Positions 24,452-36,526 of a stretch of 64,000 nt of DNA are shown here, in pieces. Where the stretch lies: contig CBFDEM010000009.1 of the NCBI GenBank assembly GCA_965603825.1, positions 124,001 to 188,000 of the forward strand, written 5' to 3'. Origin of the DNA: Blepharisma stoltei ATCC 30299. Taxonomy: Eukaryota; Protista; Ciliophora. Made by a program: the position numbers and the translations under genes. The notes beneath the pieces were generated by a model. The model did not search any database. It had not been told where the DNA came from and was given only the letters and a program-made list of their open reading frames with translations. Every line of letters starts with the position of its first letter. Position 1 is the stretch's first letter.

Positions 24452-25195
24452 TTAGTCTCTCTCTCCTTCCCCACTTGTCCATAAGGTGATGTTATCCCTA
24501 AGTAACTGCAAAATTAAAGTTGAGTCTTTATAGCTTTCCTCAGAAATGTTGTCCAATTCTGGAACTGCTTCATCAAATGCTGATTTTGCCATATCGCAAG
24601 CTTTCTCTTTCTCTTGCTTTATTTCATAATAAAATACTGAGAAGTTAAGAGCTAAGCCTAATCTTGTAGGATGAGTTGGAGGAAGCTCATTTTTGGCGAT
24701 TTCAAAAGCTTGCAAGTAAGATTCCTCAGCTTTACTTCCTGAGGCGTTTTTGGCAGCCCCCTGAGCGAATTCTGACATGTAGCGATAGTAGTCTCCTTTC
24801 ATTTTAGCATAGAAGACCCTTGCTTCTGAATTGGCAGCCCTTGGAATAAGGTCAGTATCAATGACGTTCAAGATGTCATCGCAATGTCTTCTCAATTCAG
24901 TCTCAACCTCACCTCTATATTGGTCAGCTGCCTGCTTGTGGGCTGCGTTTCCTCTGCGCTCTTCTTTTTGCTCAATCGAGTTCAGGACTCTCCATGAGGT
25001 TCTGCGAGCTCCGACCACGTTCTTATAGGCCACTGAAAGGATGTTTCTCTCTTCCACTGACAAGTCTTGGCCTGTCTTTTTTACGAAGGCTTTGACATAG
25101 CCAACCATCTCTTCATAGCGCTCAGATTGCTCGGCGAGGCGAGCAAGATAGATGAGTTCGTCTCTTTCGAGGGCTTCTGGTCGATCAATATTCAT
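24452..25195 (-). CDS. Canonical 14-3-3 protein
   Basis: [71 protein letters not shown]. Confidence 0.98.
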   Translation of the reverse strand: MNIDRPEALERDELIYLARLAEQSERYEEMVGYVKAFVKKTGQDLSVEERNILSVAYKNVVGARRTSWRVLNSIEQKEERRGNAAHKQAADQYRGEVETELRRHCDDILNVIDTDLIPRAANSEARVFYAKMKGDYYRYMSEFAQGAAKNASGSKAEESYLQAFEIAKNELPPTHPTRLGLALNFSVFYYEIKQEKEKACDMAKSAFDEAVPELDNISEESYKDSTLILQLLRDNITLWTSGEGERD

Positions 25196-25661
25196 TATGA
25201 AATTTATTCGCTAGGGGGAAATATGCAGATTGATAAACGGATTTTAGCTTAGGCGGATAGTGAGAAATTATTCTTAATAAAGAGAGCGGATAGAATTTCT
25301 TGTAAATTCTCTGCTCCATTTATAAAGGGCTTCTAACTTATTTTAAGATTATTATGTGAAGAAACCGCCAGAAAATGAATAAAACGGAACAATATGATAA
25401 TTATATTCTAAATAAAGCTTTCTTAGGATTATATTAAGCATATGTTATATAATTGTTTGAGATAATAATGCCTTCTTAATTAAAATAGAAGAATCTATAA
25501 ATATTTATTTATGAAAAAATTGTTTATAAATACAATAAGAAAGTCGAAACTTAAATTTATTATTATATTTCTATTAAATATGCACTATTTCTATTTTTCT
25601 TACTCTATCTAAATGCTATGCTCATTATGAAGCTGACGATTAAAAATTTTATAAATATCTT

Positions 25662-26177
25662 ATGGCATCTGAAAATAGTCCAATAACGTTTGTAACTAAA
25701 GAAGGTGACAGGGTTCAGTCAATATCGAAATTTAAAAACCTGAGCATACTAGTAAAGAATGTTATAGAAGATTGTGAGCAAGGCGAAGACATTCCAATAG
25801 CTCAGGTTTCAACTAATATGCTTAATCGAATTCTTGAATACGCGCAGCATCATGATTTTATCCCCCCAGAGCCTTTAGAAAAGCCATTAAAAACAAGCAA
25901 AATTGAGGAAATTCTTTCTGATCCTTGGGATGTTGAGTTTTTGAAAAGCTTTGACGATGATGGATTGGCTGATTTGATGTTCGCGCTTAATTACTTAGAT
26001 GTTGCTTGCCTAATGGAAATCTGCTTTGCTTATATTGCAACAAAGTTTAGAGGTAAAGATCCAAATCAAATCAGGGCTGAATATGGGATTGAGGAAGAAT
26101 TTACCAGGGAGGAAGATGAAAAAATTAAAAGAGAAAACCCATGGACTCAAGATGAAGCAATTGATAGGGTAAGCTAG
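25662..26177 (+). CDS. Skp1 family protein
   Basis: N-terminal POZ-like segment, ILEYAQHH, WDVEFL, LMFALNYLDV, IATKFRGK...IRAEYGIEEEFTREEDEKIKRENPW. Confidence 0.9.
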   Translation: MASENSPITFVTKEGDRVQSISKFKNLSILVKNVIEDCEQGEDIPIAQVSTNMLNRILEYAQHHDFIPPEPLEKPLKTSKIEEILSDPWDVEFLKSFDDDGLADLMFALNYLDVACLMEICFAYIATKFRGKDPNQIRAEYGIEEEFTREEDEKIKRENPWTQDEAIDRVS

Positions 26178-26201
26178 AATAAGAAATTATAGTAAAATTG
26201 G

Positions 26202-26924
26202 TTATATTGTTTCTTCAGAATTAAAACTATTATAAGTGTCTTTGAGTATTTTCAGGGTAGATGCTGTATCTGAGTATATAAGACCTAAAGGGCGTGAAAT
26301 TTCTTCTTCTGCACTTATTATTGTTTGATTAAGAACTTCAAGTGCAGCAGCTCTATTCCCTTCAATTTCATAATAAAAAGATGCTAAGTTGAGTGCCATG
26401 CCTAGTTTCTGTGAATGAGTAGGGCATAAGCTATTTGCAAGATTAGACCACTCAGTATAATTTTCTTTAGCTTTTATCAGAAATGATTCTTTTCTGTCGC
26501 CATTTTCAACTTCAATTAAATCTCGATATCTATGAGCTTTTAACATCTTATACGTTAGGCACCTAGGATCTTCATTATTTATAAACTCCAATAACCAACT
26601 AATCAAGGTTATTTGATCTTCACACCAAAATATAATTTCTTCTTTAATATTCTGCTTATAGCTAGTAAGAATATCTAAATTCTCTTTGTTTTCTGATTTT
26701 TTCAAAACTGAGTCTATTATTCGTATAGAAGTTTTTCTTTGATTGATAAGGCACATATACGGAAGCGATAAAAGATTAATTTCTTCAATAGTTAATTCTC
26801 CTGCTTTTCTTGCTAAGGCTTTAATAAATTCTACCGTATCTTCATATCGTTCACAATGCTCTGAAATTCTTGCAAGTTTAACAAGACTGTCTCTATCGAA
26901 AGTATCAGGATTTCTAATTGACAT
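26202..26924 (-). CDS. Highly divergent 14-3-3-like protein, 240 aa
   Basis: LARISEHCERYED, LTIEEINLLS, LCPTHSQKLGMALNLASFYYEI. ATG 26924 aligns with the start of the canonical 14-3-3. Confidence 0.85.
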   Translation of the reverse strand: MSIRNPDTFDRDSLVKLARISEHCERYEDTVEFIKALARKAGELTIEEINLLSLPYMCLINQRKTSIRIIDSVLKKSENKENLDILTSYKQNIKEEIIFWCEDQITLISWLLEFINNEDPRCLTYKMLKAHRYRDLIEVENGDRKESFLIKAKENYTEWSNLANSLCPTHSQKLGMALNLASFYYEIEGNRAAALEVLNQTIISAEEEISRPLGLIYSDTASTLKILKDTYNSFNSEETI

Positions 26925-26944
26925 GATAAAATATAAATTATAAA

Positions 26945-27589
26945 ATGGATATGCAAACTCGTGCTGGTGCAAAGGCTGGAGGAGGAGGAATTGCTACCCA
27001 AGCTATGCTGAATGCTGAAAGAAGGGAACGCCAACGGCGTCTTGCTATAGAAACGATGGATATCACAAAAGATCCGTATTTTATGAAAAATCATATAGGT
27101 ACCTATGAATGCAGACTGTGTTTAACTCTTCATACCAACGAAGGCTCGTATTTAGCACATACACAAGGAAAGAAGCATCAAACAAACTTGCAAAGGAAGA
27201 AGATGAAGGATGGAAAAGATGTCACTGTATTTCCACAGCAAAAGCCTAGAGTATTTCCAAAGCGAATTATTAAAATTGGGAGGCCTGGATACCGCGTAAC
27301 AAAGCAAAAAGATCCAGTCACTGGGCAGAAATCGTTAGTTTTTGAAGTAGATTATCCTGAAATTGATCCAAATATTCGCCCGAGACATAGAATAATGTCA
27401 TGCTATGAGCAGACAAGAGAGCCTGTTGATGATCGGTATCAATATGTCTTGTTCGCTGCTGACCCCTATGAAATTATTGCATTTAAAGTCCCAAATATGA
27501 AGGTTGACTCTGCTGAAGGAAAATACTACTGTAATTGGGATGAAATAAAAAAAGTCTATGTAGTCATGCTTTCCTTTAAAAATTCTTAA
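26945..27589 (+). CDS. SF3A2: Splicing factor 3A subunit 2 (SF3a66/Prp11)
   Basis: DITKDPYFMKNHIGTYECRLCLTLHTNEGSYLAHTQGKKHQTNL, KIGRPGYRVTKQ, PRHRIMS, FAADPYEIIAFK. Confidence 0.97.
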   Translation: MDMQTRAGAKAGGGGIATQAMLNAERRERQRRLAIETMDITKDPYFMKNHIGTYECRLCLTLHTNEGSYLAHTQGKKHQTNLQRKKMKDGKDVTVFPQQKPRVFPKRIIKIGRPGYRVTKQKDPVTGQKSLVFEVDYPEIDPNIRPRHRIMSCYEQTREPVDDRYQYVLFAADPYEIIAFKVPNMKVDSAEGKYYCNWDEIKKVYVVMLSFKNS

Positions 27590-27621
27590 TTTAAAAATTC
27601 CTCATATTTTTTAATTGCCTG

Positions 27622-28821
27622 ATGCTATCAAAATCAACTATTAGCATCAAAAGGTCTGTAAGCTCGATTATTAATGGCAACTGGAATCTAACATCTGAGC
27701 AGTTAGCTATTCAAGAGACAGCTTTAAGATTCAGCAAAAGTGAAATCGCTCCGTATGCTAATGAGTGGGATGAAAAAGGCTATTTTCCTAGAGATGTGAT
27801 TAAAAAATCAGCAGACCTTGGGTTTGGAGGCTTATATTGTAGACATGAATTTGGAGGGATCGGCTGCAATCGTTTAGAAGCCTCACTAGTTTTTGAAGCT
27901 CTTGCAACTGGGTGTGTAGGCACTACAGCTTATATGACAGTCCATAATATGTGTGCATGGGTTATTGATCATTTCGGAAGTGTGGCCCAAAAGAAAAAGT
28001 GACTTCCTGAGCTATTTCAGTTCGAAAAATTCGCAAGTTATTGCTTAACAGAACCGCAAAGTGGCTCAGATGCTGCCTCTTTGCAAACAGTGGCGAAAGT
28101 GGAGGGGGATTATTTTATTCTAAATGGAAGCAAGATGTTCATTACAGGAGGTGATGCAAGCGATCTATATTTGGTTATGTGTAGAACAGGACCTAAAGAA
28201 ATATCATGTATTGCAGTTGAGTCACCAACTCAAGGACTTAGTTTTGGTAGACGAGAATTAAAATTAGGGTGAAATTCCCATCCTACACAGCTTGTATCTT
28301 TTGACAACGTCAAAGTGCCGAAAGAAAACCTAATTGGAGGGATGGGAACGGGCTTTAAAATCGCTATGCAAGCTTTAGATGGTGGAAGAATCAATATTTC
28401 AAGCTGCGCCTTAGGAGGAGCTTGGTTTGCGTTAGCAAAAGCTCAAGAATACATGCAAGAGAGAATGCAGTTTGGAAAGAAATTAGTTGATCATCAGTAC
28501 CTAAGATTCAAGATGGCTGAAGCATTAACAAAGTTAACAGGGTCAAGAATCATGGTAAGACACGCAGCTGAGTTGCTTGATAATCACAATCCTGCAAGAA
28601 TCACAATGGGGCCGATGGCTAAATTGTTTTCGACTGACAATTGTTTTGATGTCGCCAATATGGCATTGCAGATGCATGGAGGATATGGAGTTATGAGAAG
28701 CTATGGAGTAGAAAGAGCTTTTAGGGACTTAAGAATTTTACAAATAGTTGAAGGGACAAACGAAATTATGAGGCTAGTTATTGCAAGGGAGATGTTTAAA
28801 GACCAAGATAATCAAAGCTAA
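27622..28821 (+). CDS. ACAD8: Isobutyryl-CoA dehydrogenase-like acyl-CoA dehydrogenase, 399 aa
   Basis: One frame through TGA 28000 (KKWLP) and TGA 28270 (KLGWNSHPT). [49 protein letters not shown]. Confidence 0.93.
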
Positions 28822-28875
28822 TTTATCTTTAAGCACAAATAATTGCTACCCATTAAAATTTGACAGTTATATAAA

Positions 28876-29520
28876 ATGAGTAATAAAAAACTGTATTTTG
28901 TTCTTCGGCATGGAGAAAGAGGAGACAGACATGCAACGACCAGGGAATTTCCAGTAAATTTTGATCCAACACTAACAGAAAAAGGACTAATTCAAGCACA
29001 GCAATCTGCCCAAAAAATATATAGTCTGATACCGTCTGGTAAAACTGTTCATTTGGTAAGCTCTCCAACTCTAAGATGCATTGAGACAGCTGCTGCTATA
29101 GCTTCTCTCTTTAATATCCCAATCCACATAGAAGAAGGCTTTGGGGCATTAGTCGCTGGCTTGGGAAATTCTCCTTTTGATGGGCTGACACACAATTTAT
29201 GAGGAATTGAAGAAGTTGAAAAGTTTTGCGGTGCCAAAATTATCATGAATAACCATTTGGCAAGGCCAACCTTCCCAGAGCCTGATGAAATATACAAAAG
29301 GAGAATCCAATATGTATGGGATACATATACTGAAATCCTACAAGAAGATGTCTTAATTATAGTCAGTCACATGATAGTTGTGCAAAGCCTGACTTCAATC
29401 TTATTGAATACAGATTTTTTAGTCAGCGAAGAAGGATATTGCAGGCTGACAATTGCTGAAGAAACTGACGAAGGAGTTAATGTTTTGCAGACTGCAGATT
29501 ATTCTCATGCAACACAATAA
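28876..29520 (+). CDS. Histidine phosphatase superfamily (phosphoglycerate mutase-like) protein, 214 aa
   Basis: VLRHGER, DPTLTEKG, SSPTLRCIETA, LIIVSH; one internal TGA at 29200. Confidence 0.88.
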
Positions 29521-29529
29521 GACAGTTAA

Positions 29530-30027
29530 TTAAATATGAAGAAATGATAAGTAAGACTTTGAAAATAAAGATTCAGCTGGAGTTTTAGGTTCTCGCCTGA
29601 ATTTTATTCGATTCCCTGGGTTTGTAGCGGATTTTGGAGTAGAGCCAATGCTTCGAATATCATTTTCAGACAATCTATCTTCAATATCAATTTTTAAATC
29701 TTTTTTTGCATTAGAGCTATCAGGAATTTCTTTTTTAGCAGGTATGCATTTTTGGAATCTCATCGCTAGTCGTTCGTTTCTTTCAGCAAGTGAGTTTTTC
29801 CAGTCATGTGTCTCGGACAACAAATATTGCAATTTGCTGCTTTTGCTTTTTGAATCTTTAAATGAATGTGTAAGATTTTCTAGGATCTCTTCTTGTCTTT
29901 CAACAATAATTTTTAGCTCTTCAACGTCGCATTTTATTTTTTTGGGTATTTCTTCTTTTAGGGTTTTCAATTTTCTGTTTTCGCCGACTTTCTTCTCATT
30001 GCCCATATCTGTTTGCTTACTCTCCAT
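29530..30027 (-). CDS. Hypothetical coiled-coil/low-complexity protein; 5' end uncertain
   Basis: 165-aa ORF. The frame stays open upstream through a TGA to ~30135 without another ATG. Confidence 0.6.
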   Translation of the reverse strand: MESKQTDMGNEKKVGENRKLKTLKEEIPKKIKCDVEELKIIVERQEEILENLTHSFKDSKSKSSKLQYLLSETHDWKNSLAERNERLAMRFQKCIPAKKEIPDSSNAKKDLKIDIEDRLSENDIRSIGSTPKSATNPGNRIKFRREPKTPAESLFSKSYLSFLHI

Positions 30028-30505
30028 CTTTGGAGCTCAATAATAAACTATTTTATTCTCACTAGTTTGAAATTTTGAGCTTGCATATGAATGGTGACTC
30101 AGTAAGCGAGTATTTACTTTAATTCTATAATAATTTTACAGATATATAAAAGAATGCTTAATTTTTCTTATGAAATGATACATTAAGGCTATACATTATG
30201 TTTGAGAAAAATTATTATAATCACTAATATGCATCAAATAATTATTATTTTAGTGTAATAAGCTTCGTTTATATACAGGCTTTCATAGTTGCATATAAGA
30301 ATTTTCTGTAATTTTTGGTTGTTTGAAAGACAATAAATTAGCATATCTTATAAATTTAAAGCTATGTAGTTGAGCTACTACTTAAAATTGTAAAAAAGAT
30401 AAATTCAAATGCAATAAGCATATTTAAAGAGAAAGTGCTTACTTTTAATTTATTCACCATTTGATTAATATTTAAATCACCTCATTCCTGGACTTAAAAT
30501 AATAA

Positions 30506-33500
30506 ATGCTAATAAGGTCTTTTATTCTAATAGCTTTCGTGAGCTCTTTAAATCTTCGCAAAAACTTAGGGAGTCTTTATTTAACAGAAGGTGAGCCATA
30601 TGATCTTCTTTTATCAGACTACTTTTCTGGAGACAACTTATCGTTTTCAATAGCAGACACCAACATGACTAATAACTCTGCAAAAATAGAAAATCAATGC
30701 GATTTTCATCATTTATCTACGACTCCCTATGAAAAGCTAGAGAAATCTTGGCCCTCTTGGAATGCTCAGCCTTTTATAATGTGGCAAGATATCAAGGTTC
30801 AAGTTATTGTGGGATTCAACCAAAATTATTTAGCTGCTTATAAATTTTCGGCGTTAACAGAAGAATCAAAGCTTATTTGAAGTACAACTCTAAGTACAGA
30901 GCACAAAAATTCTCAAATTCAAGCAATTGCGCCACTGAGAGCTAATTATGGCGTCAATTATCTGGCTGTATTAATAAAACAGCAAGAAAGCAATGGTTTA
31001 TGAAGAAATGATATATATATGATTAAAGTGCAGGATGGCTATATTTTCCACGACCCTGAAAAATTAAATTTAAATGAAATTGCCTACGCTTCAAAAATTG
31101 TAATGGGGCATGGAAATATGCATAAGTATTTTCCCATCTATTGCGAATTTCATAAAATTTCAAGCATTCCTAATGTTTTAAATATTTATGAAATAAGTAA
31201 TTTTCATGAACCTATTTTAGTGCAATCTATTTCAAATTATGAGAAAATAGCATCTATGAGCAGTTCTCTTTCTATAAGAAGTATCTTAACAGCTACTCAG
31301 CATATGTACATTTTAGATTCAAATTATGGTGTTATTTCTTTTTATATAACCTGGCCATTAGAAACTTTTGAAGAAGAATTAAACATAAATTTAAGTTATT
31401 TCGGAGAACTCTATTCAATGGAATTTACAGATTTATGAAAAATGATAATAAAGGCTAGCTCAGGAATCGTAGTAATTGAAAGATTTGGAGGAAAGCTAGG
31501 AATAAGAAGATTTTGGAAAAATCAAGAAAAAGGCATGTGAATCCAGGGATATGAATGCCATAACTACTATTTCCTTCAATCATCAAGTGGAATATTGTCG
31601 ATATTTTCCATATCTAAAGAAAATCAATTCGAAGCTACTTATAAAATTAATTTGAAGAGTTTAGATAATCATGGTGATAGAAATATCCCACGCATATTTT
31701 GTGATAGAGAAAAAAACTCATATTACTTCCAAAGATTTGGAGAAGAGGGACTTAAAGCTTATAGTATTAATTTAAAAGAATGAAAGCTAAGAATTTTAGG
31801 AGACTTATTTTATGTGAAGGTTACAGCAAAAGACGATGACAGCCACGAAATATCAGATATTTTAAACGTCATTTCAATTCCAAAAAATTCTGATAAGATT
31901 TTTGCACTAGAAAAGGGGCGACTAAAAGTGCCTGAGCCGATAGATTTACAAATATATGAAAAAAACTCAATAATATTATTCTCTCCCTCCACTTATTTTT
32001 CAGGACCAAACCTTACATGTGAGTTTATTTTCCCATATTCTGAAAAATTCAAATATGAAATTTCTAATCTAACCAGAATAGAATTAGGGAAAAGCATAAC
32101 CTCTCCTGATGGTCTTCGAAATTTTCTAGTTGCTGAATTAATATTTTATTATTTTTATGATAATAAAGTTGAGTTAGAAGATATCAACTATTTCAGAACT
32201 ACTCTAAGTATAACAAACCCAATAAGAATGTTGGAAAGTGGTGGAAATTATGTGATTTATTCAAATCCAAGTGAAAATATATTTCTTATATCAACCCTTT
32301 TATCTGAAGGTCGAACGCTGAATTTATTAGAAGAAATGGAATCAGAGATTGATTGCATGCTTTTTGATTTCCATAATAACTGATTACTATGTGGAAATAG
32401 CGAAAAAATTAATATTTATAGTTGGAGTGGGCTTTGAAAAAATATATTTTCTTTAACTGAGATTATGGATCAAATTAATTTTAAGTTAGAAATTGCTGAT
32501 GCTTTTCTTAGCAATAATAATGGCTTTATTAATATACTTGACAGAAATTTTGGAGCATTTGTTATCAATATGTTTGAGAGGCAAATTAAATTCGCATTAA
32601 GAACGAAAGGAATATTTAAAATTTTGATACTAGAAGAAAGAAAAATGGGACTTATTTATGAAGACAAAGCTGAAATTTATAATTCTCTTTTTCAACTTGA
32701 AAAAACTATATTGTTTAAAGCAGTGGGGCCACTTACAAATGCTTTTGTAGAACATTCCATTATTTTTATACAAATAGGCACAATTTTTTATGTATACAAT
32801 CCAAGTCTATTGTGACATGATGCATTAGTCTATTCATTTGAAATCCAAAACCCAGGGATCATTTCTTGTGGACGAAATAGTTGAAATGAGTTATTGATTG
32901 CCAATTATAATCCAGAAGCAAAACTTATTGAAATATACAAGAGCCCATTTCCAAGTAAAAATGTTTTTCCTCCTGCTTATGAAATTAGCATAATTGCTGA
33001 TGACATTGATACTTTACAAAGCTCAAGCTATAATGAAAGTTTTTCAGTAATTGCATATAATGCTCATGACAAAATGGAAGCCAATTTTTCATTATTGTTG
33101 CACGTTGATGGGAACTTCCCATGAATAGAAAATGACAAATTAGTTCTTCATGAAAATCTACCTTATACTAATAGATTTGAGGTAGATTTAAGCGACTCAT
33201 TTTATGGACAATATTTGAATATGAGTTTGAATATCAATGGAATTAATATTCATAATCAAACATCAGAAATTTTACCAGCTTTCGTACCGAAAAGAGTAGA
33301 AGTTGTAGGAGAATATGAAGCAAAAAATAACTGAATGAAAGACCATATTATTCTTCCCCACACAGAAATAGCTTTGATAGCCAGTAATAATGGTTTTCTT
33401 TTTGTGAACTCAACAAGCTTTAACAATGAAGAAAAATTTTTGAATATTTCTGAGCATACTAACCTCAAAAGTTTGACTTGCTCTTTAGTCGAATCCTTTC

Positions 33501-34735
33501 CGCATACAATTAAAAATTTGGCATTAATAGTTACATCTTGCACTTATCAGACTGCAAGTGATCATCTTTTTGTTAAAACAGTGAGAGAATTTGCTCTCAA
33601 AAATGCACTTATTTTGTGGGAAATCGATTTTATTAGCTTAAAAATTACAAATTATAGCTTATTAAATATTGCTGCGGGACCATGATACTTTAAAATTGCC
33701 CCACTTGCTGAACTTGACTTTGAGCTAATGGTTGTCATGGGTGATAATAAGGTATTTGATTATAATGATATTTTACGATTTAGAGGGAAATGAATTGAAA
33801 ATCTCATAACCATTCAGCTTTTAGAAACTATAAATTTCTTTTCATTAGATATTCCATCGTTTTCGCCTGTGTCACTTGACTACAAGGTAAAAAATTCTCA
33901 AACTTCTTACTGATATCTAGCAGACAAAAAATATGGAATTAGAGTTTTAGAAACTAATAATAACCAAAGAAGCCGTTTGGTAGGAGAGCTTCCATATCTA
34001 AATATTCATAGCAATTTCATAGCATTTGGTATTTGTGGAGATATTTTATATCTTTCTTCATTTATGTCAGCAATATTGTCTTATAAGATAAAAGACTACA
34101 TTTATTTTGAAAAAGACTCTGATTATAATATTTTGAAATGATCAGAAGGTGCCTATATTGGAGCACATAGTCCTATTATATGTTCAATGGATAATCGATA
34201 TTTTGTAGCCCACACATTCGATTCAAAATCCTTATTTCTAACTATTTTTGATACAAAATCTCAAAGCAATTCGAATCTCTACCCTAACTTTTATCTCTCT
34301 CTTCCTTATCTCGCTCCAGAGATACTAAAGACAAGGTTTATCACTGAAAATGAAATTTCTGCAATTTTTTATTCTAGTTTTACATATAGAAGACTCAAGA
34401 TAAATCAAAATTCTATAATATTTCCTAATATGAACATAAATGAGTATAATGAAATGATAAGTGAATGGGGAACTGAGAATTTTAGCATTACAATTACTGC
34501 AGAAAATATGAACAATGTTGTTAATTCTTCGACCATTTATTTTACACGTGAGATAGATTCAGAGACTTTAGCTCAAAGCAATTTTACCGATTGGCTGGTA
34601 AGATTTTTAATTCTTATTGCAATTCTAGCTGTTTTCGCAGCAAGCGTAAACTTTGCTAAAAGAATTGGGTCAAAGCATAAAATAGTTCAAGCATACTTTG
34701 ATGAAAAAGCATTGAGTGGCATAAATAAGAATTAA
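30506..34735 (+). CDS. Array gene A1: intact type-I membrane protein, 1409 aa
   Basis: All ORF-track fragments share one frame and are separated only by TGA. Signal peptide MLIRSFILIAFVSS, TM FLILIAILAVFAASV, short basic tail. Confidence 0.9.
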
Positions 34736-35072
34736 TATTATTTTATAATAAATAATGATGACGCAAATTATTTTAGATTTAAATTCTTAATTATCTACAT
34801 CAAGATTTTTGAAGCTAGGTTTAGATTTACCAGCTTATTTTATTTAATTCATATTTTTTCACCAGATTGTATTAGTAATTATGCAAATTTTAGTTTCCTG
34901 TAAGCCTAAAGCAGAATACAATGCATTTGGATAAATTATGTAGCAATGTATTTGAATCATCTGTAAATATTACTAAATATTTTTCTAGGATCTAGAAAAT
35001 TCATAGAAAACAATTTCGTTTCCATTGCTCTGTCTTTCGAAATCATTAAACTTTAACTATTGAAATAATTAA

Positions 35073-35877
35073 ATGCTGGTGAACTATTTATTTCTCTTTC
35101 CCGCTGTACTTCAATTATGATACAAAGGGAACTCGGATCAATTTACTTAACGGATGGAGAATCTTATGAGCTCTACTTATCAGACTATTTCAGTGGAAAC
35201 AATCTATCTTTTGCAAACTCAGATTCCAATATGACAACTGGTTCAGCAATTCTTGAAAATAAATGCGAATTTTATGCTATCATTCCTCCCATACCAAAAT
35301 TCAAGCTGAAATGAAACCTGAGCCCATTAATCTCTCAAACCTTTAATATCCTGAAGGCCATTTCCTGAATCATATGAAATCATAATATGGTATAATCTTA
35401 AATATATTGCTTTTTATAACTTTTCTTCAGAGCGAGGAGAAATGAAATGCTTTGGAATGGATTTATTGACACAGGGCAAAATGGAGAATATTCTCAAATA
35501 GAAGATATAAAAATTTATTCAACTGGTTATAGTCAAATTTCTTATGCTTTAATATGAATAAAGCAGCAGGAAATACACTTTTATGGAGAAACGATTTTTA
35601 TTATATGAATTTATTAAATTTATCAGCTCTAGAAAACCCAAAATGAGTGAGCTTCAGTGAAGCTACTTATGCCTCTAATATAATCCTAGCTCATGGGGCC
35701 ATTACCAACATAATTTCTATATATCTTGAATTCTCATCCTCACCTAGTGCAATTTATATATATAATATAACAAACACCAAAGAGCCTATCCTTAATCAAG
35801 TAATATCAGAGTATTATGGAATCTTAATAAGCAAACTTTCAGTTACTGGTATGTACATGGATTCAATGTATTTGTAC
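35073..35877 (+). pseudogene. Pseudo-B1: 5' ~800 bp of a B gene with frameshifts, truncated by deletion
   Basis: Homologous to 36599 onward. 1-nt deletion near 35108 (gtacttcaatt vs gtactttcaatt) plus further indels; homology ends at 35877. Confidence 0.9.
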
Positions 35878-35908
35878 CAATTTTTAATATTTTGAATTTT
35901 TGGTTAAG

Positions 35909-36246
35909 TCAAGATAAATCAAAATTCTTTAATATTCCCAAATATGAACAAAATTGAATATTATGAGATGATAAGCAAATGGGGAACTAAGAATTTCAGC
36001 ATTACAGTTACTGCAGAAAATATGAACAATGCTGTTAATTCTTCGACCATTTACTTTACACGCGAGATAAATTCAGAGACTTTAGCTCAAAGCAATTTAT
36101 TAGATTTTGCCTATTGGCTAGTAAGATTTTTAGTTCTTATTGCAATTCTTGATATTTTCGCAGCAAGCGTAAACTTTGCTAAAAGAATTGGGTCAAAGCA
36201 TAAAATAGTTCAAGCATATTTTGATGAAAAAGCATTGAAGACATAA
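35909..36246 (+). pseudogene. 3' relic of an A gene (membrane-proximal region, TM and tail) joined to pseudo-B1
   Basis: Matches A1 from ~34395 (tcaagataaatcaaaattct) through the stop and the following A-B spacer. Confidence 0.9.
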
Positions 36247-36507
36247 AACAAGAATTAATATTATTTTATAGTAAATATTGATGACACAAATTATTTTAGA
36301 TGTAAATTCTTAATTATTTGCATCAAGATTTTTGAGGCTAGGTTTTAGATTCAACAACTTATTTTATTTAATTCATATTTTTTCACCAGATTGTAGTAGT
36401 AATTATGCAAATCTTAGTTTCTTGTAAGCTTGAAGCAGGACACAATGCATTTGGATCAATTATACCGCAATGTATTTGAGTCATCTGCAAAAAACACTAG
36501 GAAATAT

Positions 36508-36526
36508 TTTTCTAGCATCTAGAAAA
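36508..36526. promoter_or_regulatory. Conserved dyad TTTTCTAG-N3-CTAGAAAA ~75-90 bp upstream of B-gene ATGs
   Basis: Also present at ~34981, ~53798 and ~63345; function not demonstrated. Confidence 0.4.
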
